The notes: a model not told the origin generated them from the sequence alone. DNA of 64,000 nucleotides from Conexivisphaerales archaeon (GCA_049509455.1 JBEKZX010000003.1:1099-65098), one strand, 5' to 3'. Shown: positions 1-10,036, numbered from the stretch's first letter. Translations and numbers: made by a program.

Positions 1-1824
1 AACGAATCGGCAACGGTGACCTACAAGTTCGGGGACGCCGCCACAGCGATGACCCAGCCTGGCATCACGCAGCTCTCTAGCAGATACGAAAGCGCCTTAA
101 TTCAGCACAACAACATCATGCCGCATGCTTTCACCATATCTGTGGATACCACCGGCAGGGTCGAGATGTATACGGCTACTCAGGCTTCGAAGACTCACGC
201 CAGCGACTTGGCGACTGCACTCGGCGTCTCCGCCAGCAGGGTAAGGGTGTACAGCCTCTCCTCCGACGGTGGCTTCGGCGACAAAGGCGATGCCGGCGGG
301 GGATATACTGCGTTCCCGCCTGAAATACTTGCCGCAATCCTCAGCCAGCAGCTAGGGAGGCCAGTACATCACAGGTGGACTCACGAGGAGAACCTCCTGG
401 TAAGCCTTCACCGTTCCAAGGTCGTCTTCTACATCACCACAGGTTATAATAGCAGTGGAACCGTCATGGCCCTTACGGCGCAGGGTTACGGCACCGGCAG
501 TCCCTACACGTCCAGCAGTAGTAATGCGTCGGGCGCTCTCAATAATTTCATCTGGACCTACAAGTTCCCGAACTTCACGCTAAACGGCAACGACGGCCAT
601 GCCAACACGTATAGACAAGGTCCCATGAGGAACCCTGCTTCACCACACCCGGCATGGGCTTTGAGCTCCCACCTCGACATGGTCGCCGCCGCCCTGGGCA
701 TAAACCCGGTGACCATGATGCAGGCCAACAACATGTATACACAGGGAGACAAAGACCAGCTGACGGGCTACAGGATAATCTCCATCGGCCAACCGGATTG
801 TCTGAACCGAGTGCTCACTCTCTCGGGCTTCATGAGCAAGTGGAAGGCGTTCAACAAGAGCACACCTCTGACAGGTGTCGTGCACGGCATCGGCATAGCC
901 AATCACGCCACCGGCAACGGCGGCACCGCCGCAGCGGAGACCGGTGCCATCATGATGGCAGCCGACGGCAGCTTCAACATCCTCATCGATAACAACAGCG
1001 TAGGAGGTGGCGGAAGGGAACGAAATATCATAATAGCCGCGGAGGCACTGGGACTGCCATTAGGGATGGTTACCATGGACAACGGCGATACAGACTGCGG
1101 CATCGACACCGGGAACACCGTAGGCAGTGGAGCGACCAAACACGTCGGGGATGTCATAGGGCTGGCCTGCCTTGACGCCAAGAGCCAAATGCTAGCCAGG
1201 GCTGCGACCCTGTTGAACACCACAACTGACAAACTGACCTACGCCCTAGATGGAACCATGCAAATCTACGTGACAGCTACACCAACCCAGTCCGTGACCT
1301 TCGCCCAGCTCGGCGGATATCCCAGGATCGTGGGTCGTGGAACGATGACCCTTCCACCTAGCACCACGGGGAGGGTCTACAATTCAGCCGTCTCTGAGGT
1401 GGACGTCGACACGGATACCGGCCTCGTGACTGTGACCGACGTATACCAGGTAGAGGACATCGGGCAGAAGATCTTCAATTCGGGGTGCGATACCCAGATG
1501 AAGAGCGGCATCTTGATGGCCCTCGGGATGGCGTTACAAGAGGAACAATGGCCTGATGTTCCGACAGGTATGCAGCTGATGACAAGCCATCTGGACATCA
1601 AGAATCCGCTGGTCACCCAGATGCCCAACATGGTCGTAGACTTCATCCAGAATCCAGAGCTGCCGCCAGACTCCTACAACTTCGGCGCGAAGGGGATGGG
1701 AGAGCCACCCATCAACCCGTCAGTACCGGCCACCGCGAACGCCATCTACAACGCCGTGGGGGCGCGCATCTACAACCTGCCTATGACGTGTGATAAGATC
1801 CTCAAGGCGTTGGGGAAGGCATAA
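1..1824 (+). CDS. Xanthine dehydrogenase/CoxL-family molybdopterin-binding large subunit, C-terminal ~600 aa (5' end outside window)
   Basis: The frame is open from nt 1. It has a GGFGDKG motif and the C-terminal GAKGMGEPPINPSVPATANAIYNAVGARI typical of this family. The FAD-binding subunit follows 12 nt later. Confidence 0.8.
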   Translation, partial: NESATVTYKFGDAATAMTQPGITQLSSRYESALIQHNNIMPHAFTISVDTTGRVEMYTATQASKTHASDLATALGVSASRVRVYSLSSDGGFGDKGDAGGGYTAFPPEILAAILSQQLGRPVHHRWTHEENLLVSLHRSKVVFYITTGYNSSGTVMALTAQGYGTGSPYTSSSSNASGALNNFIWTYKFPNFTLNGNDGHANTYRQGPMRNPASPHPAWALSSHLDMVAAALGINPVTMMQANNMYTQGDKDQLTGYRIISIGQPDCLNRVLTLSGFMSKWKAFNKSTPLTGVVHGIGIANHATGNGGTAAAETGAIMMAADGSFNILIDNNSVGGGGRERNIIIAAEALGLPLGMVTMDNGDTDCGIDTGNTVGSGATKHVGDVIGLACLDAKSQMLARAATLLNTTTDKLTYALDGTMQIYVTATPTQSVTFAQLGGYPRIVGRGTMTLPPSTTGRVYNSAVSEVDVDTDTGLVTVTDVYQVEDIGQKIFNSGCDTQMKSGILMALGMALQEEQWPDVPTGMQLMTSHLDIKNPLVTQMPNMVVDFIQNPELPPDSYNFGAKGMGEPPINPSVPATANAIYNAVGARIYNLPMTCDKILKALGKA

Positions 1825-1836
1825 GGTGAATAGAGA

Positions 1837-2796
1837 ATGAAACAGATACTTCACTACAGCCCGACGAGCCTAGCTGACGCCTCAGCCTACCTCACCAAGA
1901 ACGCCGGTTCGAAGGCCATCGCCGGGGGCACCGAGCTGTACTACTCGCTAAAGCAGAACAATCTCCCCAGCGAACCCACGATATTGGTGGACCTGAAATC
2001 CATACCCAACCTGGACTACATCACGGAGTCGGGAGGGGTCCTGAAGATAGGCCCTCTCACAAAATTGGCGGAGATCGCCAACAGCACCACCGTGCAGACC
2101 AACTACCGAGCGCTGGCGCAGGCTGCAGGCGCGGTGGCATCACCAGTGATACGCAACATGGGGACCATCGCAGGGAACATTACCCAGGACGTCTGGTGCT
2201 GGTACTACAGGGGCACCGACAACTTATACAACTGCCTCAGGAAGGGAGGGGTGATTTGTTACGCCACGGCGGGAGACAACCGATGGTACCACTCGATCTT
2301 TGGAGGACCCAAGGGATGCAACGCGATCCATCCATCAGACACGGCCACGGCGCTCTCCGCGCTCAACGCGTCGGTGGTGACGACTAAGCAGACCCTGACC
2401 ATGGACAACTTCTTCTACAACCTGGCTCCGGGCAACACCCTCGCACAGGGCGAGCTCATCACGGAGATAGACGTCCCCACCCCCGCGGCGGGGTCGAAGT
2501 CTGCCTTCGTGAAGCTGGCCAACAGAAACTCGATCGACTTCGCCTTGGCCAACGCGGCCGTGTGGTACACCCCCGCCAGCGGAGCTGTGACGAGCTGCAA
2601 GATCTACCTGGGCGGCGTCTTCCAAGTGCCCTATCACGCCACGGCAGCGGAGACCGCCCTCAAGGGGCAGACCATCAGCGCCACCACCGCCGCCACGGTG
2701 GGAACGGCCGCCGTGTCGGCAGCGACGCCCATGACGGGCAACTCGTTCAAGAAGCAGCTAGCATCTATAGCGGTCCAGAGAGCTCTGTTAGCTTAG
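1837..2796 (+). CDS. Molybdopterin dehydrogenase FAD-binding (medium, CoxM/XdhB-like) subunit
   Basis: AIAGGTELYYSLK and IRNMGTIAGNI motifs of the FAD-binding domain. It lies immediately downstream of the large subunit. Confidence 0.8.
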   Translation: MKQILHYSPTSLADASAYLTKNAGSKAIAGGTELYYSLKQNNLPSEPTILVDLKSIPNLDYITESGGVLKIGPLTKLAEIANSTTVQTNYRALAQAAGAVASPVIRNMGTIAGNITQDVWCWYYRGTDNLYNCLRKGGVICYATAGDNRWYHSIFGGPKGCNAIHPSDTATALSALNASVVTTKQTLTMDNFFYNLAPGNTLAQGELITEIDVPTPAAGSKSAFVKLANRNSIDFALANAAVWYTPASGAVTSCKIYLGGVFQVPYHATAAETALKGQTISATTAATVGTAAVSAATPMTGNSFKKQLASIAVQRALLA

Positions 2797-2925
2797 GCCC
2801 ACAGAAAGGGGAATGCGCAAGCGTTCCCCTTCCTTCCTTTTTATTCTATCTGTTCTCCGAGAGCAAACTCGGAACGGTTTCCCCCGCATCTGAGGGGCGG
2901 CCTTCCGCGACCTGCGCAACTAGAA

Positions 2926-3555
2926 TTAAAGCAGACCTGCCTTCGTCAGAAGGTATTCGAAGAGAGGCACTTGCACCGTCGTTGCACGAACGGGGCTTAA
3001 CTCCTCAGCCGTGGGGAACGTGAGCCTAACTAGGAAAACCGGGTTGCTCTCGGGGACGACGATGTTGAACGTCGCATTTCCCGAAACCGGAACCCAACTG
3101 CGAAAATCCAAGACGACCAGTTGACTCGCAAGCAACTCCCCGTTGCCGTTATCGAAGACCGTTATGTTCACCGTTCCCCCTTCATCGTTGGACAAAGTGT
3201 TCGAAATGGTGAAGCTTATCTGGACGGTGCTTTCGAAGTCAGTATCGCAACCCGCCTGGGTCGCCATTGATGTCATCAAGACCTCGTTCGCAGTAGAATT
3301 CACTTGTGAGCTCGCGAGCGGGTAACTGGGCGGCGACGGGTCACCTTCTGAAGGAGTCTGCATCTGAGATTCTCCGTTCATAGAGGTCACCGTGACATGT
3401 CCCAGCGCGTAGGAGGGCAAGGCGGGCGGGTGGGCCGGGGTCAGTTCGTAGGAAACTGTAATCTTCGACAGCAAGACCAGAAGGATTACAATGGCAAGGA
3501 AGGCTTCGAGCTTGGCAAACCTCCTCGCCGAGCTCAGTCTTCTCCTTTTCTCCAA
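2926..3555 (-). CDS. Hypothetical membrane-anchored/secreted protein
   Basis: Basic N-terminus followed by a hydrophobic helix (FLAIVILLVLLSKI), then a Ser/Thr/Val-rich probable beta-rich ectodomain. No recognisable family. Confidence 0.45.
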   Translation of the reverse strand: MEKRRRLSSARRFAKLEAFLAIVILLVLLSKITVSYELTPAHPPALPSYALGHVTVTSMNGESQMQTPSEGDPSPPSYPLASSQVNSTANEVLMTSMATQAGCDTDFESTVQISFTISNTLSNDEGGTVNITVFDNGNGELLASQLVVLDFRSWVPVSGNATFNIVVPESNPVFLVRLTFPTAEELSPVRATTVQVPLFEYLLTKAGLL

Positions 3556-4124
3556 ATTCCCCTTATAACATAGAGGGTCAGGCGCTATTAAGTTTTATCG
3601 TCAGCGCTCGATACTCTGTTTTCCTGAATTTGTATAACCCCTAGTAAGACGGACTGGAGCAAGATGGGTATGGAACAAGAGGAAGAGATACCTCGGTTTA
3701 CATTAAGCCGGGCCCAGACGAGGTCTCATGGATTCTCCATGAGAAAGAGAGGAAAGAGCTAACGACCCGGCTCTTGGAACGACCGTTACCCCGCCTGGAA
3801 CCCTGGCGGGACCAGGATCGCTTATTCCGCTTCGAGCACAATCTTCACCGCGCTCTCCATCTGGGACTTGGACAACTGGACCAGCTCCTCCATACGGCCA
3901 GTTCGGGGGGGCGTGAGCCCACCGCAGCCTACCTAGAGCGCGGACGGGGCCAATATAGCCTTCAGCTGCGACCTTTAGCGGCCTAATCACATCTGGACGA
4001 CGCCCCCGGTGGGTGAAGCCGTCGCCCAGATATCCGCCAACTACGAGGGAGGCGCCCTGAGGGAAGGAATTGGGGCCCTGGCCCCCTGCAAAGCTTAAAT
4101 TCGCGCCTTGGCCACATTTGCCTT

Positions 4125-4529
4125 ATGCAATCCTGCCCAGAGTGCGGCACGGCTCTCTCCAAGGACGACAAGCTGTGTCCGAACTGCGGTGCCGGGGTCG
4201 CAGCGGCGGAGGAGAAGCCTGAACTCGTGGAGGGACTCTGCATCTACCACATCATCATGAGCGAACGGGGCTTCACCTTCGGCATCAGGAACACTGGGAC
4301 GGCCCCACTCACTGTGGCCAGGGTGCTCGTCCACGAACAGCCCATGGAGATAGTAAACGTCTCCTCGGAGAAGGGGACCGTCAAGGACGGCCTGCTGACG
4401 CTTCAGCCCGGGGACGTCGGCGAGGTAACGTTCCGGCCGTCTTACGTCGGCGTCAGCGGGGTATTCTATCCCGCGGCCGTCATCACGGAATCCGGGAAGC
4501 GGTACGAAACAAGCGTCGCGTCCCCGTGA
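4125..4529 (+). CDS. Hypothetical protein with N-terminal zinc-ribbon
   Basis: CPECG...x11...CPNCG motif at the N-terminus, then a roughly 90-aa beta-rich domain. Codon usage resembles neighbouring genes. Confidence 0.5.
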   Translation: MQSCPECGTALSKDDKLCPNCGAGVAAAEEKPELVEGLCIYHIIMSERGFTFGIRNTGTAPLTVARVLVHEQPMEIVNVSSEKGTVKDGLLTLQPGDVGEVTFRPSYVGVSGVFYPAAVITESGKRYETSVASP

Positions 4530-5517
4530 CGCGGAGCCAAGGACCTACAGGGCAGATACACGTCAGGTCAGTAGAACTGGCAGCAAGTCGATGAGCAAGT
4601 TGGACGAGCGGCTCGGTTGTCAAACAAGGGGCACGGTGAATGGTAGTGGACTGCGCGGAGTCATCGGCAACCATTTCAATCCGTTCGGGTCCGCCTGCGG
4701 AACCAAGTTTGGTACTTATCCTGCCGGCTGCGCCTAGAGTTCTGTATCAACATACGGAAGTGTTCGGGTCTAGGCTGGCTCGAACCCGTGGCCGGATCAA
4801 ATGTCTGGCTTGATTTTCCATCGTCAGCTACGGATAAGTCCCTTCGGACCCATGCTTCCATAACGCCCTGCAAACCTAAAATCGTCTGATCGAAAGACGG
4901 CTACCATCCTGATAGCCCATCCCTTCCCGAGCCAAGGACGGCACCGTAGAACCCCTAGCAATGGCATGCGGTTTTCGTCTCATCTGATTTGAGCTGAGAT
5001 ATCAAAGCTTATAGGCCCACTTTGAGCCCCGATAGCTACCGACCTCAGCGCAGCTAAGCTGTGGCGATTGCGAGGACGGGCGCCCTATCTCCTGAAGCCA
5101 GCCATCACCTCTTCGAACGGGTTCGCCATCCAGGCCGCCAGCGAAATGCCGAGGATACCTCCCCCCACAATAACAGAAGCAACGCAAGGGACCTATCCAC
5201 TTCCAGAATTGTGCATGCATTTCCTTGGCCGGCCAGAGGCGGGCCATATAACTGAAGTCGAGACATCCCACATCACGGCATCCGGAAATCTGCACGCGAT
5301 CCCATTTGTTTTTCGTCGAAAACGACTAGGCACCCTGATCTCGGATGGAATCCATCGTGGAGTCCTATTCCGCAAGTGTCGAAAGGGATTCGGGGGTTGT
5401 CTCAACCTGCACCTGACGCCATGGAAGAGGAACAGGCGCTATTGAGTGCATAGTCCCCTCATTCTTGCTCAAGATTTATTTCGTGGAGAGTTTCAAGCCC
5501 ATTCCGCCTGACAGGAT

Positions 5518-6882
5518 ATGAACATTGCCGAACAGTTGAGCAGGTATGTTCACTCCATTCGTTTCAACGATCTGTCGCCCGAAGTCGTGCTGGAGGCCAA
5601 GAAAAGGCTAACTGATGGAATCGGCTGCGCCATCGGGGCCTTCGATGCCGAGCCCGTGAGAATCGCGAGAAAGGTCGCAAAAGGAATCAAGTCATCTAGG
5701 CCCTCCACTCTTCTGGGCACGGCCACGGGGAGCGCTCCCGACTTCGCCACGTTCGTCAACGGACTGATGGTCCGCTACTTCGACTTTAATGACACCTATC
5801 TGGGACAAGAGCCAGCGCATCCTAGCGACAACATATCGGCCTGCCTATCCGTGGCCGAGTCGGAAGGAGCAAGCGGCGAGGAGTTCATCCTCTCTCTGGT
5901 CCTCGCATATGAGATCCAGTGCAGGCTCTGTGATCTCGCCGACCTCAGGCACAGAGGTTGGGACCATGTCAACTACGGCCTCGCCTCCACAGCGTTGGCG
6001 TCAGGCAAACTCCTCGGCTTGGACGTTGGTAAGCTAACGCAGGCCGTTAACATAGCCCTGAACTCCCACATCGCCATGAGGCAGGTCCGCGTTGGGGAGC
6101 TCTCGATGTGGAAGGGTGCTTCCTTCGCAGAGGCCGCCAGGAACGGGGTCTTCTCTGCGTACCTTGCAAAGGAAGGGATGACAGGACCTTCGCCCATTTT
6201 CGAAGGAGAAATGGGTTTCTTCAAGCAGGTGTCTGGGCCCTTCGCGGTTAACACCTCCGTCTTTGGCGGGAAAGAAGGAGGCTTCAAGATCGCTGGTACC
6301 TTCATCAAGTACTTCCCTGCCGAATATCATTCTCAATCAGCCATCTGGGCCGCCCTCAAAGCGAGAGAAGATATTGGGAGTTTCGCTGATATCGAATCGG
6401 TCCTCATAGAGACCCATGAGGCTGGCTTCACCATCCTGGGGAATGACCCGGCAAAGTGGAGCCCTGCCAACAAGGAGACAGCCGACCACAGCCTTCCCTT
6501 CATCGTTTCTATGGCCCTGAAGGAGGGAAAGATTGATAACGCCACCTATTCCGAGTCCAATACAGCAGACAAATCGCTCCTCGAATTCATGAAATGCGTC
6601 GCGGTGAAGGAGGATAAGAGGTTCACCTCGATATATCCAGGAACGGCTGCGAACAGGGTCACTATTGCTCTCAAGTCAGGTCGCAGCGTTTCAGAAGAGG
6701 TCGTATACCCTAAGGGCCACCCGAAGAACCCCATGACCGTCGAGGAGGTGGAGGAGAAATTCCGACGCCTCACTTCGAACAATCTCGGCGACACGCGCGC
6801 GAAAGAGGCCCTCAGGTCGTTGTGGAATATCGACACGGCGAAAAACGTCTCCGAAGTCCTTCCGGTCCTCAGGTTGGAGTAA
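5518..6882 (+). CDS. MmgE/PrpD family protein (2-methylcitrate dehydratase-like)
   Basis: Length of about 450 aa and family-typical stretches (RYFDFNDTYLGQEPAHPSDN, ...SIYPG...GHPKNPMT). Confidence 0.8.
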   Translation: MNIAEQLSRYVHSIRFNDLSPEVVLEAKKRLTDGIGCAIGAFDAEPVRIARKVAKGIKSSRPSTLLGTATGSAPDFATFVNGLMVRYFDFNDTYLGQEPAHPSDNISACLSVAESEGASGEEFILSLVLAYEIQCRLCDLADLRHRGWDHVNYGLASTALASGKLLGLDVGKLTQAVNIALNSHIAMRQVRVGELSMWKGASFAEAARNGVFSAYLAKEGMTGPSPIFEGEMGFFKQVSGPFAVNTSVFGGKEGGFKIAGTFIKYFPAEYHSQSAIWAALKAREDIGSFADIESVLIETHEAGFTILGNDPAKWSPANKETADHSLPFIVSMALKEGKIDNATYSESNTADKSLLEFMKCVAVKEDKRFTSIYPGTAANRVTIALKSGRSVSEEVVYPKGHPKNPMTVEEVEEKFRRLTSNNLGDTRAKEALRSLWNIDTAKNVSEVLPVLRLE

Positions 6883-6888
6883 AGAATC

Positions 6889-7791
6889 TCATGGGCGGTA
6901 GTGTAGCTTTCTGCCCTTCCAGATGTCGGAGTCCCCCCAAAGCCCCAGCCTCCAAGCGTTGAACTCCACAATCTGAGAGTGGTCGATGAAGAGGTTGACG
7001 TCCTTCCCGAAGGTCTTCAGATACCACTTGAATACGGGTGGGTCGGAGGCTTCGAACATCCAGACCTTGTAACCGAACTCTTCAACGAGCTTCTTCACGA
7101 CGTCTTTCCTCCATTTTTTGGGAGGGAGGTCCTCCGTAATCCCTTCCGATTCGAGCATCAGAATACGGGCACCAGCCTTCAAATGAGCCTCAGTCTCCTC
7201 CACGACATCTCTCAGGCTGCGCATTTTCATCCTTCCTTCGTAGCCTGCGATGTGGGTCCCCGCTCCAGCCCCGATCATCATGGAGACCTCTGGCTTTGCT
7301 TTCATGCCAAGCCTCTGCACCTGCCTGACGATCTCCACCTTGTCGCCCAATGGGATGGGCGCAAGCCCACTCGAGACTTCCACTACGTCGAATTCGAGTT
7401 CCTTGCACTCCTCAAGATAGCGGTCGACAGCCTTCGAGCCCTGCACGATGACCCTTTCCACGAAGCCCCCGGTCGAAACGTAAACTCCATACTCATGGCA
7501 GAGCCGTATCATCTTCCTGACGGTGGAGTTCGGGAGCAGCCTCATGGAGCCTCCAGCGAACTTGAATCCGTCGACGTATTCTCCCCAGTCCTCCAACACG
7601 GCTTTGAGATAGTCGTACGTGACCGTGGTGTAGTAGGGACCTCTGAATTCTACGATACCCGTTTTCCTCGGCTTCGGAGGAAGCTCACCGATCCTGACGA
7701 ACTCGAAAGCTTTGCCCCCTCTGACCTTCGAATGAGACAAGGGATAATCTAGATCGTCAATACAGGATTCGATATTTACGAATACCGCCAC
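6889..7791 (-). CDS. comA: (2R)-phospho-3-sulfolactate synthase (ComA) family protein
   Basis: PPKPRKTG(I), YVDGFKFAGGS, VSTGGF.E and FDVVEVSSG follow the ComA pattern known from methanogen ComA. The start codon is GTG. Confidence 0.7.
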   Translation of the reverse strand: MAVFVNIESCIDDLDYPLSHSKVRGGKAFEFVRIGELPPKPRKTGIVEFRGPYYTTVTYDYLKAVLEDWGEYVDGFKFAGGSMRLLPNSTVRKMIRLCHEYGVYVSTGGFVERVIVQGSKAVDRYLEECKELEFDVVEVSSGLAPIPLGDKVEIVRQVQRLGMKAKPEVSMMIGAGAGTHIAGYEGRMKMRSLRDVVEETEAHLKAGARILMLESEGITEDLPPKKWRKDVVKKLVEEFGYKVWMFEASDPPVFKWYLKTFGKDVNLFIDHSQIVEFNAWRLGLWGDSDIWKGRKLHYRP

Positions 7792-7838
7792 ATGTTGGCA
7801 TTAGGAGACAGGCCTCCAACCATATGTCGGATGTCTTA

Positions 7839-7867
7839 GAACGCTGAATGGAACGCTGATCGCGTTC
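7839..7867. repeat. Tandem GAACGCTGA x2; second copy forms hairpin GAACGC-TGATC-GCGTTC
   Basis: Read directly from the sequence in the spacer between the S9 cluster end and the comA start. Confidence 0.5.
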
Positions 7868-7973
7868 ACCTGGTCGGAATCGATGGTACGCTCGAAACGT
7901 CAGCCAAGGGGACACCTCGGCCGGAAATCGGTTCGTAGGTGCGACGACACTGGGATGATACCCAAGTCCTCCG

Positions 7974-7982
7974 CTAAAAATC
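7974..7982 (-). terminator. Oligo-T run downstream of the S9 stop (possible archaeal terminator)
   Basis: The minus strand reads ...TAG GCTGCCGGATCCATAACGATTTTTAGCGG; the T5 tract lies about 20 nt after the stop. Confidence 0.3.
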
Positions 7983-7999
7983 GTTATGGATCCGGCAGC

Positions 8000-8413
8000 C
8001 TACCTGTAGCTCTTCTGCTCCCGTCTGCGCGCGCCGGGCCCACCAAACTTCTTGGGTTCGGCTTGGCGGGCGTCGCCCGAAAGGAGGTGTTCGTCGTATT
8101 CCAAGATACGCTTCTTCAGGTCGGAGGACTTGAAGTAGCCGACTAAGGCCCTAGAGATTGCCATGGCCGAGGCATAGGCCTGACCCACGTATCCTCCGCC
8201 CTTCACCGAAACATCGATGTTGACCTTGTAGCGGGAGTCGCCAGCCAGTCTCAGCGGCGCCATAATGGTTTCGCGAGACAGCTCATTGCTGAGCGATTCT
8301 AGGAGGAATCCGTTTACACGGACCCTGCCGACTCCGGGGACGATGCTGGCCGTGGCTCGGGCGGCCTTGCGGGAGCCGGTGAACAGTTTCATCTTCTTAG
8401 ATGCTGCAGACAT
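8000..8413 (-). CDS. rps9: 30S ribosomal protein S9 (uS9)
   Basis: C-terminal GGPGARRREQKSYR signature. The ATG at 8413 sits 2 nt after the L13 stop, whereas the listed start at 8431 would overlap L13. Confidence 0.93.
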   Translation of the reverse strand: MSAASKKMKLFTGSRKAARATASIVPGVGRVRVNGFLLESLSNELSRETIMAPLRLAGDSRYKVNIDVSVKGGGYVGQAYASAMAISRALVGYFKSSDLKKRILEYDEHLLSGDARQAEPKKFGGPGARRREQKSYR

Positions 8414-8415
8414 GA

Positions 8416-8871
8416 CTACAATCCCTTCCATCCCAGTTCTTTGGCCAGCTCGCCGAGGGTCATGTAAAAGGCTGTGGGCTTCGTGGCCATGGCCTTCGGA
8501 ATCTCCATGGGTTTGATCCCCTTAAGCTCCTCCGGGTAGCCGTGGTAGGCTCTTAGGCGATGGAATGCTTCCTTCCCTTTCGGCTCCCTCCAGGGAAGCA
8601 TGCCTCTTACGGTCCTCCCGAAGATGTTGTCGGGCCGGCGGAAGTGAATGGGGCCGTGCTCGGGGTTGACGACGCTGCCCACCTCCAAGAACTGCTTGTA
8701 ACGAGTGATGGCCGACCTCCGGTTTCCGGAGATCAGGATGGACTCTACGTTGACGACGTAAACCTGCTTCCCTTCGATGGTGAGCTTCGCCGCAATCGAA
8801 GCGACGCGGCCCATGATGGCATTCTTCCCATCGATGACGACGGGCTGGCTAGACACTGTCCTAGCCGCCAA
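8416..8871 (-). CDS. rpl13: 50S ribosomal protein L13 (uL13)
   Basis: uL13-like sequence (IDGKNAIMGRVAS..., HFRRPDNIF, MLPW) and the conserved L18e-L13-S9 order. Confidence 0.93.
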   Translation of the reverse strand: MAARTVSSQPVVIDGKNAIMGRVASIAAKLTIEGKQVYVVNVESILISGNRRSAITRYKQFLEVGSVVNPEHGPIHFRRPDNIFGRTVRGMLPWREPKGKEAFHRLRAYHGYPEELKGIKPMEIPKAMATKPTAFYMTLGELAKELGWKGL

Positions 8872-9205
8872 CCAAGAACACCCCTTTGCCCTCTCCGAAC
8901 TTGACTACGAAGTCTTTCATAAGAAGGGCCTCGCCACCGGCGGAGGTTATCTTCTGGATGGCCGAGGCCGTGAAGGCCACGGCGCCTACGTACAGCTTCT
9001 TGCTTACGTCGCCTTCGCCCAGGACCTTGCCGGGGACCAGGAGGACGTTCCCTTTGGAGGAGACGGCGTCTAACTTGCCGACGTTGACCTCGACAAGTTG
9101 GTTATTCTTCTTCGAAAGCATCTTGGCGGCCCGCTTGTAGACGGGCTTCCCGGACGCCTTGGCCGCCGATTTGACGGCTGCGAGGGCGGATTCTGTATCC
9201 ATCAT
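8861..9205 (-). CDS. rpl18e: 50S ribosomal protein L18e (eL18)
   Basis: VNVGKL...LLVPGKVLGEGDV...TASAIQKITSAGG pattern. It sits between rpoD and L13. Confidence 0.88.
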   Translation of the reverse strand: MMDTESALAAVKSAAKASGKPVYKRAAKMLSKKNNQLVEVNVGKLDAVSSKGNVLLVPGKVLGEGDVSKKLYVGAVAFTASAIQKITSAGGEALLMKDFVVKFGEGKGVFLVGG

Positions 9206-9211
9206 TTTCTA

Positions 9212-10021
9212 TCACTCACTGATTTTACGGCTGAGCTCGCCGAGCTGGCGCTGGAGTATCTCCAGGGCCTTGTACAGGACCACCGCGGCGGGCATGGCGC
9301 CGGCCGTCTCGACTTCGAGGAAAAACGAACCCTCCTTCTCCTTGACGTCGATGAGCTCGGGGAACTCCTTGACGCATTGCATGCAGAGGATGCACTTCGT
9401 CTCGTCTGTTACATGGAGGTTGCCCGACTTCAACTTCAGAATCGATACAGGACATAACGCCTCGATCCCGGCGGCCTCCTGGCCGACCCGGACCTTCTTG
9501 ACTATCACCAGGGGATAAGGCTTGAGGACGGAGATGTTTGACGCCTGCCACTTGGCGTGCTCCCAGCCTCGTCCCAAGCGAGCGTAGGCCTCAATCTTGA
9601 GCTTCTGGCCGGGGGCCAGCTTGACGATGGGTACCGTTGCGCTAGACGGCTTCACGTCGGGATCTTCGGGGCTGACGAGCTCGCCCGAGAAGACGGTGCG
9701 GGCCTCATCGCCGGCCACGGCGTCCAAGACCAGCATAACGCGGCACTTAGTGCAGCCCGAGGGGCTCCCGCAGTCGCAGTCCTCGGGGAGAGGGTACTTG
9801 TCGGCAGGGGTAATCAGAGGTATGAGCCCCAGCCTATGGGAGACCACTTCGTCGTAGACAGCAGAGGTGTTGTCGAGGATTATTACGTCGTCGATGGCGA
9901 GGACGGGGACCTCGCACAGGGCCAGGCGGCGGACGGCGTTGACGAATGATCTGTCGTAGCCTTCGAACAACAGCCGGACATGCTTCGGATCCTTCTCGAT
10001 TAGTTTGATGGACTGGGGCAA
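9212..10021 (-). CDS. rpoD: DNA-directed RNA polymerase subunit D (Rpo3) with ferredoxin-like Cys cluster
   Basis: N-terminal FEGYDRSFVNAVRR and the S11-RpoD-L18e order. Cys set CP...CILCMQC is consistent with the 4Fe-4S domain seen in some archaeal subunit D proteins. Confidence 0.9.
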   Translation of the reverse strand: MPQSIKLIEKDPKHVRLLFEGYDRSFVNAVRRLALCEVPVLAIDDVIILDNTSAVYDEVVSHRLGLIPLITPADKYPLPEDCDCGSPSGCTKCRVMLVLDAVAGDEARTVFSGELVSPEDPDVKPSSATVPIVKLAPGQKLKIEAYARLGRGWEHAKWQASNISVLKPYPLVIVKKVRVGQEAAGIEALCPVSILKLKSGNLHVTDETKCILCMQCVKEFPELIDVKEKEGSFFLEVETAGAMPAAVVLYKALEILQRQLGELSRKISE

Positions 10022-10036
10022 ACGCCTACACCGGCC

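Noticed and set aside
4591-4737. 48-codon Cys-rich ORF (MSKLDERLGCQTRG...ACGTKFGTYPAGCA), considered as a possible small peptide or RiPP precursor.
   Set aside because: It has no adjacent maturation genes, atypical codon usage and no RBS or TATA support, so the evidence is insufficient.
5331-5366. TPP-riboswitch-like string CACCCTGATCTCGGATGGAATCCATCGTGGAG, compared with ACCUGAUCUGGAUAAUGCCAGCG.
   Set aside because: No upstream CUGAGA pyrimidine-sensor element or P1/P2 pairing could be found. The downstream gene (PrpD family) is unrelated to thiamine.
6979-7752. 257-aa ORF on the plus strand.
   Set aside because: It is antisense to the ComA homolog, has no recognisable motifs, and has typical shadow-ORF composition. 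The same applies to the many 60-250-aa antisense ORFs across the ribosomal clusters (e.g. 26949..27710, 27418..28164, 24491..25174, 49802..50122).
7800-7999. Possible rpoN (Rpo10) downstream of S9, prompted by an in-frame ...GIIPV... peptide.
   Set aside because: None of the three frames continues into the CxxC...CC zinc motif or the YCCRRM signature. The best frame stops after 21 codons. I judge it a chance match rather than a gene or a clear pseudogene.
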